DNA from: a bacterium
GTDB taxonomy: Bacteria; SM23-31
Direction: 5' to 3'
Length of the DNA: 64,000 bases
Assembly (NCBI GenBank): GCA_965249485.1
Contig: OZ252239.1
Span: 672,001-736,000 of the forward strand
Of this stretch, positions 1 through 12,246 are shown in pieces. The notes beneath the pieces are model-generated. The model was not told the origin of the DNA and did no database searches. It saw only the letters and a list, made by a program, of their open reading frames with translations. The translations under genes were made by a program, and so were the position numbers. Within the stretch, counting starts at the first letter, position 1; each line of letters starts with the position of its first letter.

Positions 1-139
1 TGAAGATAATACGCGGCTATGGGCAATTTTTTATAACGGCTAATCACGATATTAAACCGGAAACACTTTTTTCAGAAGTTGGATTTCAAGTGTCGGATTT
101 TAGCCGGTACCATGTCGAACGCGGCTCAATACGACCTCA

Positions 140-143
<4 letters not shown>
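1..143 (+). CDS. recF: DNA replication/repair protein RecF, C-terminal end (partial)
   Basis: Frame from nt 3 reads KIIRGYGQFFITANHD...RYHVERGSIRPQ*, with the RecF-like Q-x-FIT end motif. Stop at 141-143 overlaps the next ATG (ATGA). Matches the usual recF-DUF721-gyrB order. Confidence 0.7.
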
Positions 144-2367
<2,224 letters not shown>

Positions 2368-2418
2368 CGATATTCAGACTAGTATGGTTCAACGGTTTGG
2401 AATTTTTATAATTTAAAC

Positions 2419-2450
2419 AAAAGCGTCCTGTTGCTACAGGGCGCTTTTTT
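2419..2450 (+). terminator. Intrinsic terminator after gyrB
   Basis: AAAAGCGTCCTG-ttgcta-CAGGGCGCTTTTTT hairpin plus U-tract. Confidence 0.8.
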
Positions 2451-2502
2451 AACATGAAAAGGAAATTAGTTTTGTTCAGCTGATCACCCGGGAGATTCAT
2501 AC

Positions 2503-3318
2503 ATGGGATTCTATGACAAATTACAAAGTGCAGTCCAAAAAACGCATTCATATGTCTGCGTCGGGCTTGATTCTGATATTAACCGCATTCCGGACTGCAT
2601 TGAGGGCGATACCGGGGAGAGAATAGCTTTTTTTAACCAAGCAATAATAGAATCTACCCAGCTCTATTGTGCCGCATTTAAATTTAACATTGCCTTCTTT
2701 GAAGCGCTTGGAAAGACAGGATTTGAAGCCCTTGAAAAAAGTCTCTCCTATGTACCGGAGGACCATATATTGATTCTTGATGCAAAGCGGGGTGACATTG
2801 GCAATACCTCTCAGCAATACAGCATCGCTCTCTTTGATGTGATGAAGGCAGATGCTGTCACGGTAAATCCCTATATGGGTTACGATAGTATTCTGCCATT
2901 CATCGAGCGTGATGACAAAGGTGTCTATATCCTCTGCTTGACTTCTAATAAAGGGAGTGAGGATTTTCAGCAGTTAAAACTTGAATCGGGAAAACACTTT
3001 TTTCAAGAGGTGGCAGAAAAGATAACAAAGTGGAATACGCGAAATAACCTTGGAATGGTCGTAGGCGCAACTCACCCTGATGAATTGAAAACGGTCAGGA
3101 CTATTGCTCCTGAAATGCCATTTCTACTTCCTGGGATCGGTGCCCAAAAAGGGGACCTTGAATCGGTGGTTTCTACTGCAATCGGGAAAAAGCGAATTCC
3201 GACACTCATCAATTCCAGCAGAGGGATAATATTTGCATCCGGTGGTGAGGATTTTGCCAAAAAAGCTGTTCAGAAATGTATAGAACTTCGAGATTCAATT
3301 AACATTCTTCTTGAATAA
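2503..3318 (+). CDS. pyrF: Orotidine-5'-phosphate decarboxylase
   Basis: CVGLD, DAKRGDIGNT, VVGAT, LLPGIGAQ, NSSRGI motifs. Confidence 0.95.
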   Translation: MGFYDKLQSAVQKTHSYVCVGLDSDINRIPDCIEGDTGERIAFFNQAIIESTQLYCAAFKFNIAFFEALGKTGFEALEKSLSYVPEDHILILDAKRGDIGNTSQQYSIALFDVMKADAVTVNPYMGYDSILPFIERDDKGVYILCLTSNKGSEDFQQLKLESGKHFFQEVAEKITKWNTRNNLGMVVGATHPDELKTVRTIAPEMPFLLPGIGAQKGDLESVVSTAIGKKRIPTLINSSRGIIFASGGEDFAKKAVQKCIELRDSINILLE

Positions 3319-3392
3319 ATTAACCGTTTTCACCATGTAAATTTACATATAGTGGTCGGCTGACCATCCTTATGAGCTGTACGAAATCCAAA

Positions 3393-3586
3393 TGTGAGTA
3401 ATGTGTGGATAACTTCACAAGAGTCAACGAGCACGGCATTACAGATGAAGCAAATGTTGAACCAAAAAATACAATTTCAAGGCTTAATTTACCATATAAT
3501 AAATCTTTTTACAAAAAATATTTTTCTCAACAGGCTTGTTTACGCAGTATTGCCGTGCTTTTTGATTGTGGATAAGCTGTGAACAA
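3393..3586. promoter_or_regulatory. DnaA-box cluster (candidate oriC module or DnaA-titration site)
   Basis: Perfect TGTGGATAA at 3404 and 3567; 1-mismatch TGTGAGTAA at 3393 and TGTGAACAA at 3578; weaker TTCTCAACA at 3524; all in an AT-rich convergent intergenic gap. Confidence 0.65.
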
Positions 3587-3659
3587 GCGCAAATCAGGGT
3601 GCTATAAACTCTTTTTAGCTCTGATTTTTATGCGAAAATATAAGAATGGTTAAACGGAG

Positions 3660-6149
3660 TTATGAACTAATGACAATATTGACAAGTCTGTCTTTAACAT
3701 AAATGATTTTTCGGATTGTCCCACCCAGAAATTTTCGGACATTCTCCACCTGTTGCGCTTGTTCTTTTATCTCCTCTTCGCCCATATCGGCTGGTATAAT
3801 CAATTGACCACGAAGCTTCCCGTTTACCTGTACCGCAATAGTCTTTTCTTCGACAACAAGGAGTGATACATTATGCTTCGGCCACGCGTAGCAGGAGAGA
3901 AATCCTTCTCCTCCAAGAGCTTCCCACAACTCTTCGGTAATATGTGGTGCAAACGGGTTTAGAAGTGATAAAATTCGTACAATTCCTTTTGCAACCAATA
4001 GAGCTCGACTGGATGATGCAGAAAAATCGGGAAACTCAGCTATGTAATCGCGAATTTCATTATATAGTTGCATGGTTGCACTGACACCGGTATTAAAATG
4101 CATCGATGATATGGATTCGGTCACCTGTTTTGTCGCAGTTTCAATTTCTCGTACAAGTTTTTTTGAGGCTGGATCACTCAAACCATCAATGCCACTATCT
4201 TTAAAATGCTTTGAAAAGGTAGTTTGATTCTCCCAGATGAAATTCCAGATTCGGTTAAGAAACCTGGATACTCCAAAAATTCCTTCATCATTCCAATCGT
4301 ACTCTTTCTCAGGTGGTGCGGCAAATAAGATAAAGGTCCGGATTGAGTCGGTGCCATGCCTTTCGATGAGTTCACTGGGATCGACCACATTTCCTTTCGA
4401 TTTCGACATAACTTCACCGCTTTTAAGAACCATACCTTGTGTGGTCAATCGCTTGAAGGGTTCACCGTGCTTTGTAAGATTCAAATCACGGAGAGCTTTC
4501 ATGAAAAAGCGCGAATAGAGTAGATGAAGAATGGCGTGGGTAATTCCGCCAATATAGTGGTCGACTGGCATCCACCGGTCGATAAGCTCCCTATCAAACG
4601 GTTTATCATTATTATTCGGAGTGATATACCGTAGAAAATACCATGAACTGTCCACAAAAGTATCCATAGTATCAGTTTCTCTTCTGGCGGTTTCGCCGCA
4701 TTGCGGACAGTGGACATCGGAAAACGTTTGAGATGATTCAAGAGGATTTCCTTCGCCGGTAAAAACAACATCGTCGGGCAGAACAACCGGAAGATCCGAT
4801 TCAGGTACTGGAATAACACCACAGGATTTACAGTAAATGATAGGAATCGGTGTACCCCAATATCTCTGCCGGGAGATTAGCCAGTCACGAAGACGGTAGG
4901 TTATGGAGAAATCACCGAGGTCGCTGCTTTTCAATTTTTCGGTGATTTCTTTCTTTGCATCTTCGTTAGAAGTGCCGTCAAATTCGCTTGAGTTAACAAG
5001 GATTCCTGAATCAACATATGCTTCTTCCATCGATTCTTCTCGCAGAGGATTATCAGGATCGGGAGTTATAACAACTTTTATTGGAAGCGAATATTTTTTC
5101 GCAAATTCAAAATCTCTCTGGTCATGTGCAGGAACTGCCATAACAGCACCGGTCCCGTAATCCATCAGAGCATAATCGGCGATATAAACCGGGTATTCTT
5201 TTCCGGTCAGCGGGTGGACGATATGTCTTCCAATAAAAATGCCTTCTTTTTCTCTGTTTTCGGCTACTCTATCTGTTCGAGACTGCTTTTTGACTCGTTC
5301 AATGAAAGTAGTCACATCATTTTTCTCAGAGACACTTTCTACCAGTTCCGAAATGAGCGGATGCTCAGGAGCCATTACGAGATACGTTACACCAAAAAGT
5401 GTGTCCGGACGGGTTGTAAATGCCTGAATAACTGTATCAGAGCCGACAAGTGGAAAATTAATTTCTGTTCCGTACGATTTCCCAATCCAATTACGTTGCA
5501 TAGCTTTGACCTGGTCCGGCCAGAGCGTAAGATCGTCGAGAGATTCTAGCAGTTCATCGGCATATTTTCGTATATTAAAAAACCACTGTTCAAGTTCTTT
5601 ATCGACAACTACACTATCGCATCTCCAGCACCGTCCGTCAATGACCTGTTCGTTAGCAAGTACTGTTGCGCAGCTGCCGCACCAGTTTATAGCAGCTTTC
5701 TTCTTGTAAGCAAGTCCTTTTTTGAAAAACTGAATAAAAATCCATTGATTCCATTTGTAGTAATCAGGTTTAAATGTCGAAACCGTATGATCCCAATCAT
5801 AGCTGAATCCCATCTGGAGCTGCTGTTCTTTCATCATATTGATACATTTCTGCGTCCATTCTTTCGGATGAATTTGATGCTTGATCGCAGCGTTTTCTGC
5901 CGGCATTCCCATTGCGTCATATCCCATCGGATAGAGGACATCATACCCCTCTCTCCGCATGAAACGGGCGTAGACGTCTCCAATCGAATAATTGCGGACA
6001 TGTCCCATGTGGAGTTTTCCTGACGGGTATGGAAACATTTCAAGACAGTAAAATTTCTTTTTGGAACGGTCGTTGTTTAATTTATACGCTCCAGAATCAG
6101 TCCACTTTTTTTGCCATTTGGCTTCGATTTCGGTAAAGTTGTATTCCAT
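3660..6149 (-). CDS. leuS: Leucine--tRNA ligase
   Basis: [13 protein letters not shown] (HIGH), [19 protein letters not shown] (KMSKS), VQVNGKLR. Confidence 0.98.
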   Translation of the reverse strand: MEYNFTEIEAKWQKKWTDSGAYKLNNDRSKKKFYCLEMFPYPSGKLHMGHVRNYSIGDVYARFMRREGYDVLYPMGYDAMGMPAENAAIKHQIHPKEWTQKCINMMKEQQLQMGFSYDWDHTVSTFKPDYYKWNQWIFIQFFKKGLAYKKKAAINWCGSCATVLANEQVIDGRCWRCDSVVVDKELEQWFFNIRKYADELLESLDDLTLWPDQVKAMQRNWIGKSYGTEINFPLVGSDTVIQAFTTRPDTLFGVTYLVMAPEHPLISELVESVSEKNDVTTFIERVKKQSRTDRVAENREKEGIFIGRHIVHPLTGKEYPVYIADYALMDYGTGAVMAVPAHDQRDFEFAKKYSLPIKVVITPDPDNPLREESMEEAYVDSGILVNSSEFDGTSNEDAKKEITEKLKSSDLGDFSITYRLRDWLISRQRYWGTPIPIIYCKSCGVIPVPESDLPVVLPDDVVFTGEGNPLESSQTFSDVHCPQCGETARRETDTMDTFVDSSWYFLRYITPNNNDKPFDRELIDRWMPVDHYIGGITHAILHLLYSRFFMKALRDLNLTKHGEPFKRLTTQGMVLKSGEVMSKSKGNVVDPSELIERHGTDSIRTFILFAAPPEKEYDWNDEGIFGVSRFLNRIWNFIWENQTTFSKHFKDSGIDGLSDPASKKLVREIETATKQVTESISSMHFNTGVSATMQLYNEIRDYIAEFPDFSASSSRALLVAKGIVRILSLLNPFAPHITEELWEALGGEGFLSCYAWPKHNVSLLVVEEKTIAVQVNGKLRGQLIIPADMGEEEIKEQAQQVENVRKFLGGTIRKIIYVKDRLVNIVISS

Positions 6150-6331
6150 ATCATTTAGTGTGGGGTTATTGTACTAATTTCAATAAAATATCTGAAAGAT
6201 TTAGCATGAAATATTTCGTTATATGGATTTTTACGTATCCTAATAAGGTAACGAAATATTGTGCTTGTTCAAAGAAATATGTAATGAGTATAAAGCAGAT
6301 TATTGAAGTAAAAGGCTGAAATATTATTGTT

Positions 6332-6811
6332 TTACCGGGGAAGCAAATCGGCAAGGTTTTCCTTTTTTGCCTGGGGGAGGTCTTGACAAATAAGTTCTAT
6401 ATTGTTCCTATCAAGAAAACGAAAATCCTCGATATCTTTTTCACTCACAAAAATATAAGGAAGAATTTTTGATTTGTCTTCGCTATGGTGCATTCCGCCG
6501 ATGTTAATCTGCTGAAACTGCACACCTTTTTTTACCAGATCGGCATAAATACCCGGAGATTCAGCGAGTAATATAATGCGATCTTTAATGAAGATTTTCT
6601 TTAGGAGGGAGTCGGTTGCTTCTTCTATTGTGAATATCGAGACTGCAATATTAAAAGGAACACAGCTTTGGTAAAGCTCTTTTTCCCATTCGTTGTTGGC
6701 AATTTCATCGCTTATGAGGACAATCCTGTCGGGATTCAGAAAACTCCCCCAACCAACAGTAACCTGACCATGGATCAAGCGGTCGTCTATACGTACAAGC
6801 ACAATTGACAC
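6332..6811 (-). CDS. PTS mannose/sorbose-family EIIB component
   Basis: RIDDRLIHGQV phosphorylation motif; INIGGMH. Confidence 0.92.
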   Translation of the reverse strand: MSIVLVRIDDRLIHGQVTVGWGSFLNPDRIVLISDEIANNEWEKELYQSCVPFNIAVSIFTIEEATDSLLKKIFIKDRIILLAESPGIYADLVKKGVQFQQINIGGMHHSEDKSKILPYIFVSEKDIEDFRFLDRNNIELICQDLPQAKKENLADLLPR

Positions 6812-6874
6812 AGATTATCCTCACAATCAGGGCTGCTAAATCAGATTAAGAATATTCGCTGAGTGGTCCAGACA

Positions 6875-7279
6875 TCATTTATTTTCCAAAGGAGCCGGTT
6901 CTAGAATTACCTCTGTTCCTTTTAGCGAGCTTTCCTTAAGGTGTTCCGCTAAATCCGGAAGTTTGTACGATTCACGCTTATTGGCAAAGGTAAGCAACAT
7001 AGGGAGGTTAACTCCTGAGATCAGTACGATGCCTTTGTTATTTTTCTGAATCATCTGTGCGGCATGCCAGCAGCTTCCTCCGCAAAAGTCTACCATAATA
7101 AGAATTTCGTTGTCCTGCCATTCCTGCGCAATTGAATCGAGACTTCCAATCAACTCTTTGATAGACATTAATTCATTACTGAGTACTTTTACATCGTCAA
7201 GGGGTCCGATAATTTTTTCAGTTGTATTCTGGAGTGCGCTGCCAAGATCTCCATGAGAAATGATGATACATTTTATCAT
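6875..7279 (-). CDS. PTS mannose-family EIIA component
   Basis: IIISHG phospho-His motif, D..GGS, ISGVNLPML. Confidence 0.92.
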   Translation of the reverse strand: MIKCIIISHGDLGSALQNTTEKIIGPLDDVKVLSNELMSIKELIGSLDSIAQEWQDNEILIMVDFCGGSCWHAAQMIQKNNKGIVLISGVNLPMLLTFANKRESYKLPDLAEHLKESSLKGTEVILEPAPLENK

Positions 7280-7356
7280 GTATTATTCCAGATATTGTAT
7301 CACTGATATATAGGATCGGTATCAAAACATTTACCGTTTAAGAAAGGTACAACTTT

Positions 7357-8334
7357 TTACTCAATATCACCAGTCAGATATTTGCTCAGTTTATTATTTC
7401 TCTTTATTTTATTTTCCAGGTTTTTGACAAATACTTTTTCAGGGCGGACACCGTATACCCGCTGTATAATCTTAAGCGCTATTACTTCGGTGATTACTGT
7501 GATATTTTTTCCGGGGAAAATTGGCAGATAAATAATCGGTATATTTACATCGAGATACTGTTTGAAATCATCATCGATACCAAGACGGTCGTACTCATGG
7601 ATAGGTCTATGGTCTTCGAGGCAAACTTCAACTTCTATACGTTTCTGTGCTCGAATTGATCGCACACCGAACATACTTCTGACATCTATGAGACCGACGC
7701 CGCGGATTTCCAATATGTTCTTCAATACCTCTTTTTTCGTTCCGACAAGGACTCCCGTCCGTTTTCGGTACACAGAAACTACATCGTCGGCAACGAGCCG
7801 GTGACCGCGTTCAACAAGATCGAGAGCAATCTCGCTTTTCCCGATTCCGCTTCTTCCGGTGAATAGAATGCCTATGCCGTAAACATCAACCAGCGTGCCA
7901 TGTACGTCTGTGCTTGGAGTGCACTTATCATTGAGGTACTCGTAAAGAACCTGATAAATATGATTTGATGAGTCGGGAGAACTGAAAACGGTAATTCCAT
8001 TCTCATCTGCAATGTTGAGCAGTCCCTTGCTTAATTTATGGCCGTTGGAAATGATGAGACAGGGGATGTCAGATTCCATTAACCGTCTGAATGTTACCGT
8101 TTGCTCATTTTTGTTAAGCTGCTTGAGATATGATATTTCAGTTTGTCCCAGGATCTGAATTTTTTTTTCGGCGAATGTTTGTGTAAAACCGGCCAGGAGC
8201 AATCCTGGCCGGCAGAGATCGTGGTCTTTTATAATACGTTTTAATCCGAGTTTCGTGTTGCACAGTTTTAATTTCAATTCGTGTTTATTGTCTTTATAAC
8301 ATAATTCGACCGTCAGATCAATTCGAGTGTTCAT
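7357..8334 (-). CDS. hprK: HPr kinase/phosphorylase
   Basis: RPGL, HGTLVDVYGIG, GRSGIGKSE Walker A, LVADD, EIRGVG. Start placed at the ATG overlapping the hpf stop (8334). Confidence 0.95.
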   Translation of the reverse strand: MNTRIDLTVELCYKDNKHELKLKLCNTKLGLKRIIKDHDLCRPGLLLAGFTQTFAEKKIQILGQTEISYLKQLNKNEQTVTFRRLMESDIPCLIISNGHKLSKGLLNIADENGITVFSSPDSSNHIYQVLYEYLNDKCTPSTDVHGTLVDVYGIGILFTGRSGIGKSEIALDLVERGHRLVADDVVSVYRKRTGVLVGTKKEVLKNILEIRGVGLIDVRSMFGVRSIRAQKRIEVEVCLEDHRPIHEYDRLGIDDDFKQYLDVNIPIIYLPIFPGKNITVITEVIALKIIQRVYGVRPEKVFVKNLENKIKRNNKLSKYLTGDIE

Positions 8335-8684
8335 TCTTCCTCTTCCCACTGTGAATCTTCCAATACAAGTTCAACCGCCTTTATATGATTAAAATTCCTT
8401 ACACGGGCTTTATATTTTTTCAGTTTTCTTTCCAGTTTGCCCATTACTTTATCTAAAGATTTATACATATCATCCGACATTTCATGCGCTTTTAAAATCT
8501 GGCCATGCACTGTGAGGTGAATTTCTGCATTGTGTTTCGAATATGTACCTTTCACATAATCCATTATAACGTTAGCTTCGATGATGCCAGCATAAAATTT
8601 TTCTAATCTTTGAATCTCGTTATCAATGAACATTTTAAGTTGATCTCTTGCCTTGAAATGTCGTGCTGTGATATATATTTGCAT
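8331..8684 (-). CDS. hpf: Ribosome hibernation promoting factor (RaiA/HPF, short form)
   Basis: MQIYITARH...DMYKSLD..KLERKLKKYK; GGAGGG SD ahead of ATG at 8684. Confidence 0.9.
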   Translation of the reverse strand: MQIYITARHFKARDQLKMFIDNEIQRLEKFYAGIIEANVIMDYVKGTYSKHNAEIHLTVHGQILKAHEMSDDMYKSLDKVMGKLERKLKKYKARVRNFNHIKAVELVLEDSQWEEEE

Positions 8685-8752
8685 AATTCCCTCCGTACTA
8701 CATGTATTTAAACTAGACAATTAGTTAAGAGAGTTACTGAATGGTGTGTTTG

Positions 8753-8771
8753 TTACATACGTGCCTCCTTT
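8753..8771 (-). promoter_or_regulatory. SD plus start-stop minigene (AAAGGAGG-cacgt-ATG-TAA) in the xerC-hpf spacer
   Basis: Read directly on the minus strand; function unknown. Confidence 0.45.
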
Positions 8772-8787
8772 GCTGCGATTGGAACTG

Positions 8788-9714
8788 TTACTGATTTAAT
8801 TTTGTCGCACGGGGATGAGCTCTTTTATATTCTGTGCGGAGTTTTTCTATTGAAACATGAGTATAAATTTGTGTTGTTGCCAAATTTATGTGCCCCAGCA
8901 GTTCTTGAACGGCTTTTATATCTGCTCCATTATCAAGAAGATGAGTGGCAAACGAGTGCCGGAGCATATGGGGATGTACGTTTACACCTTCGCCTATGTC
9001 GTTGAGCTGCCGCTCCACGACTCTTTGAACAGTACGTGCAGATATTCTGCTGCGCGGTCTTCCCCAAAAAAGCGGATCTTCCGAAACAGGAATTCGATAT
9101 CTATTTGCGCGAACATCAAGGTATCTGCTGATTGTCTGAAAACAGGTTATTCCGAAGGGAACAATGCGTTCTTTGCTTCCTTTGCCGAATACCCGAACTG
9201 TTTTTTCTTCAAAATTTACATCCCGGATACTCAAACCAACAAGCTCGCGCAAACGGATACCTGTAGCATAGAGGAGCTGTATGATAGCTTTGTCACGTGT
9301 TTCTGTTAACTCGTCGATTTCGGAATCAGCTGCAGAGGCGATCCGGAGCATTTTATCAAGCAGTGCATCTTTTCCAAGGTGATTTGGCAATGTCTTCCGA
9401 AGCTTTGGGCCGGTTAAAATGCTCATCGGATCTTTGTCAATTAATTTTTGACTCAGACAAAATTTGAAGAAGCTCCTAAGCGACGACAATTTACGCGCAA
9501 CGGTTCTTGCTGTTACATCTTTTTGGATAAGATAATCCAGAAAATTTCTTATATGGTGTACGTTGAAAGATTGAAGCTGCAACTCGGGCAGGAAGTTTTG
9601 AATCTGCTGAAGATCATTCCTGTAAGATTGAATAGTAAAGGGGGAATAACCTTTTTCTTTTGTAAGAAAAGTCAGAAAATTATGAATGTGATATGATAGT
9701 GCTAATCTTTTCAA
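8788..9714 (-). CDS. xerC: Tyrosine recombinase XerC
   Basis: LLYATGIRLREL, GKGSKERIVP, HPHMLRHSFATHLL, LLGH...TTQIYTHVS catalytic set; downstream of topA. Confidence 0.9.
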   Translation of the reverse strand: MKRLALSYHIHNFLTFLTKEKGYSPFTIQSYRNDLQQIQNFLPELQLQSFNVHHIRNFLDYLIQKDVTARTVARKLSSLRSFFKFCLSQKLIDKDPMSILTGPKLRKTLPNHLGKDALLDKMLRIASAADSEIDELTETRDKAIIQLLYATGIRLRELVGLSIRDVNFEEKTVRVFGKGSKERIVPFGITCFQTISRYLDVRANRYRIPVSEDPLFWGRPRSRISARTVQRVVERQLNDIGEGVNVHPHMLRHSFATHLLDNGADIKAVQELLGHINLATTQIYTHVSIEKLRTEYKRAHPRATKLNQ

Positions 9715-9772
9715 TGCGCATTCTCTTCTTATTACAGTATGCCTTATATGAGCACATTCATTAATGAAAATC

Positions 9773-9787
9773 TCAATATTTGTGCCA
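9773..9787 (-). promoter_or_regulatory. Candidate sigma54 -24/-12 promoter for xerC-hpf-hprK-PTS
   Basis: TGGCAC-AAATA-TTGA; the -12 element is TTGA rather than TTGC. Confidence 0.45.
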
Positions 9788-10049
9788 AAAAACGCGATAC
9801 AAACTACTATCCTCTCACATAGGCGTATTCTCCTTTATAATTCAACACTATATAAATAATAATTCTCATTATTTATGGACACTGCTTATATTTATCACGA
9901 ACAAATCAGGCAAAATGTTCCATCGATTCGGACTTTTCCGGATTAAAAAATCAAGGGTGCGCTGGAAGTTACATAGAAATTACAGGATAAATACACAAGT
10001 TATAATGCGGAAATTATCTGATTTAAAGCTTGTTTGGGTAGAAGTTACT

Positions 10050-12191
10050 TTATTCTTCAGAATCCTTTTTTTGGACGATATTGACGATGTTTTTGCAGTC
10101 GGGATAGCCGGTGCAGGCGTAAAACTTAGACTTGTTTTTGGATTTCACTTTCATATCCTTACCGCATAGCGTACATCGCAGAAGTGTATTTTTGCAAGAG
10201 GGATAACCGGAGCAGGCAAAAAATATACCGTATTTTCCTTTGCGGATCACCATATCTTTGCCGCATTCTTTACATATGTGACCTGTTGGTTGGGGTTCTG
10301 CCGATCCGCCGGAAGCATCGCCTTCGTTTTCAATGCTTTTCGCGTTTTTACAGACAGGAAAGCTGGAGCAGGCATAAAACTTTCCGTTCTTGCTCCAGCG
10401 GATTACCATATCGCTACCACACTTTTCGCAGGAAAACCCGGCTTTTTCAACCAGTTCTTGCTTGAACGTTTTAATATCACCGAAAACTTTATCGAGATTT
10501 TCCTGAAACGGCTTGTAAAATCCGTCGACAACTTCAAAGTAGTTTTTCTTTCCTGATTCGATGAGATCAAGCTCTGATTCCATGTGTGCGGTAAAATTGA
10601 CATCAATAATATCGGGAAAACCTTTGACAACAATTTTACTGACCATTTCGCCAAGTTCGGTAGGGGTCAGTTTTCTTTTATCACGCGTAATATAGTTCCG
10701 CGTAGTGAGCGTAGATATAATTTGTGCGTAAGTGCTTGGCCGTCCAATTCCGAGCTGTTCGAGCTCTTTAACAAGAGAACTGTCATTGAACCGGGCAGGA
10801 GGTTTCGTAAAATGTTGCTTCAAATCAGAATTCTGCATTTCAAGAATCATTCCTTCGGTCAAACCAGATGGTATTTTATTGGACGAAGCGCCATTCTCTT
10901 CAAGATCATCACTAATTTGTTGATCGCTCCATATTTTCAAAAATCCGGGGAATAAGAGTTCAGATCCAGTTAGGGAAAAATCACATGGTCCGGCACATAT
11001 CGTTACGGTGGTTTGGTTCGACACGGCTTCATTCATTTGGCTTGCAACGACGCGGTTCCAGATCAAGAGATATAATTTATATTGTTCATCATTCAAATGT
11101 TGTTTAAGCGATTCCGGCGGACGGGAAAAATAAGATGGTCGGACGCATTCATGTGCGTCCTGAACTTTTCCTTTCGATTTCTTTTTGAATATGCGTGCTT
11201 TTGCAGGTACGAAATCTGGTCCGTAATTATTGCGAATAAAACCGCGCAATTCATCGAGTGCTTCGTTGCTAATCCGGGTTGAATCCGTACGCATGTAAGT
11301 GATCAGACCGACGCTTCCCTCGCTTCCCAACTCAATTCCTTCATACAATTGTTGGGCAATAAACATTGTTTTTTTTGGAGCGTAGCCAAGCCGATTTGAA
11401 GCCTCTTGCTGAAGCGTACTCGTTATAAAAGGTGGAAACGGATTCCGCTTTACCTTCTTTTTCAGAATGGATTTAAGTGAAAATTGCTCATTTTTGTACG
11501 ATTGTTCAATTTCTTGAGCAGTTTCTCCATCGGGGATTTCTGCTTTTACTCCTTTGTATTTTGCCAGGACTGCTTTTAAAATATCGCCGTGAGGGGTGTT
11601 CAAATCGACATGTATCGTCCAGTATTCTGTCGGACTGAAACGGCGGATGCTGCTCTCGCGTTCAGTGATAAGTTTCAGGGCAACGGACTGCACTCTTCCT
11701 GCTGATAAACTTCCTTTGAACAATGTCCGCCAAAGAAACGGACTCACTTTATAGCCGACAAGCCTGTCAAGCACACGGCGAGCCTGCTGTGCGTCGACTT
11801 TCGGCATATCGATAGGAAAAGGATTATCAATCGCATTTTGTACTGCATTAAGAGTGATTTCATTAAACAATGCCCGGTGGACTTTCTTATTATTTCCAAT
11901 TTCTTCCGCTATATGCCACGCTATTGCTTCACCTTCTCGGTCGGGGTCTGTAGCAATGTATATTTCATCAGAGGATTTCGCCGCTTTTTTAAGCTCGTTT
12001 ATCGTCTTTTGCTTCCCTTTGATAGTGACATACTCAGGTTTAAATTTATCTTCGATGTCGACACCGAGCTGGCTTTCCGGCAGGTCTCTGATATGACCGA
12101 CGGAGGCTTTGACTGTGTAGTCTTTACCGAGAAATTTATTGATTGTTTTCGCTTTTGAGGGCGATTCTACAATGACTAACGATTTTTTCAT
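10050..12191 (-). CDS. topA: DNA topoisomerase I
   Basis: LVIVESPSKAK, ATDPDREGEAI, SAGRVQS, ITYMRTD (catalytic Tyr), C-terminal zinc ribbons. Confidence 0.98.
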   Translation of the reverse strand: MKKSLVIVESPSKAKTINKFLGKDYTVKASVGHIRDLPESQLGVDIEDKFKPEYVTIKGKQKTINELKKAAKSSDEIYIATDPDREGEAIAWHIAEEIGNNKKVHRALFNEITLNAVQNAIDNPFPIDMPKVDAQQARRVLDRLVGYKVSPFLWRTLFKGSLSAGRVQSVALKLITERESSIRRFSPTEYWTIHVDLNTPHGDILKAVLAKYKGVKAEIPDGETAQEIEQSYKNEQFSLKSILKKKVKRNPFPPFITSTLQQEASNRLGYAPKKTMFIAQQLYEGIELGSEGSVGLITYMRTDSTRISNEALDELRGFIRNNYGPDFVPAKARIFKKKSKGKVQDAHECVRPSYFSRPPESLKQHLNDEQYKLYLLIWNRVVASQMNEAVSNQTTVTICAGPCDFSLTGSELLFPGFLKIWSDQQISDDLEENGASSNKIPSGLTEGMILEMQNSDLKQHFTKPPARFNDSSLVKELEQLGIGRPSTYAQIISTLTTRNYITRDKRKLTPTELGEMVSKIVVKGFPDIIDVNFTAHMESELDLIESGKKNYFEVVDGFYKPFQENLDKVFGDIKTFKQELVEKAGFSCEKCGSDMVIRWSKNGKFYACSSFPVCKNAKSIENEGDASGGSAEPQPTGHICKECGKDMVIRKGKYGIFFACSGYPSCKNTLLRCTLCGKDMKVKSKNKSKFYACTGYPDCKNIVNIVQKKDSEE

Positions 12192-12246
12192 AATTAATTT
12201 TATTTTATTTGATTATTATTCCATGATTTCTGAATCTTTGACTCAG

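Noticed and set aside
6150..6331. T-box leader upstream of leuS
   Set aside because: AT-rich and lacks the T-box consensus and terminator.
8788..9714. Tyrosine recombinase as a prophage or island integrase
   Set aside because: XerC-type size and motifs in a housekeeping topA-xerC-hpf context; no att repeats or phage genes.
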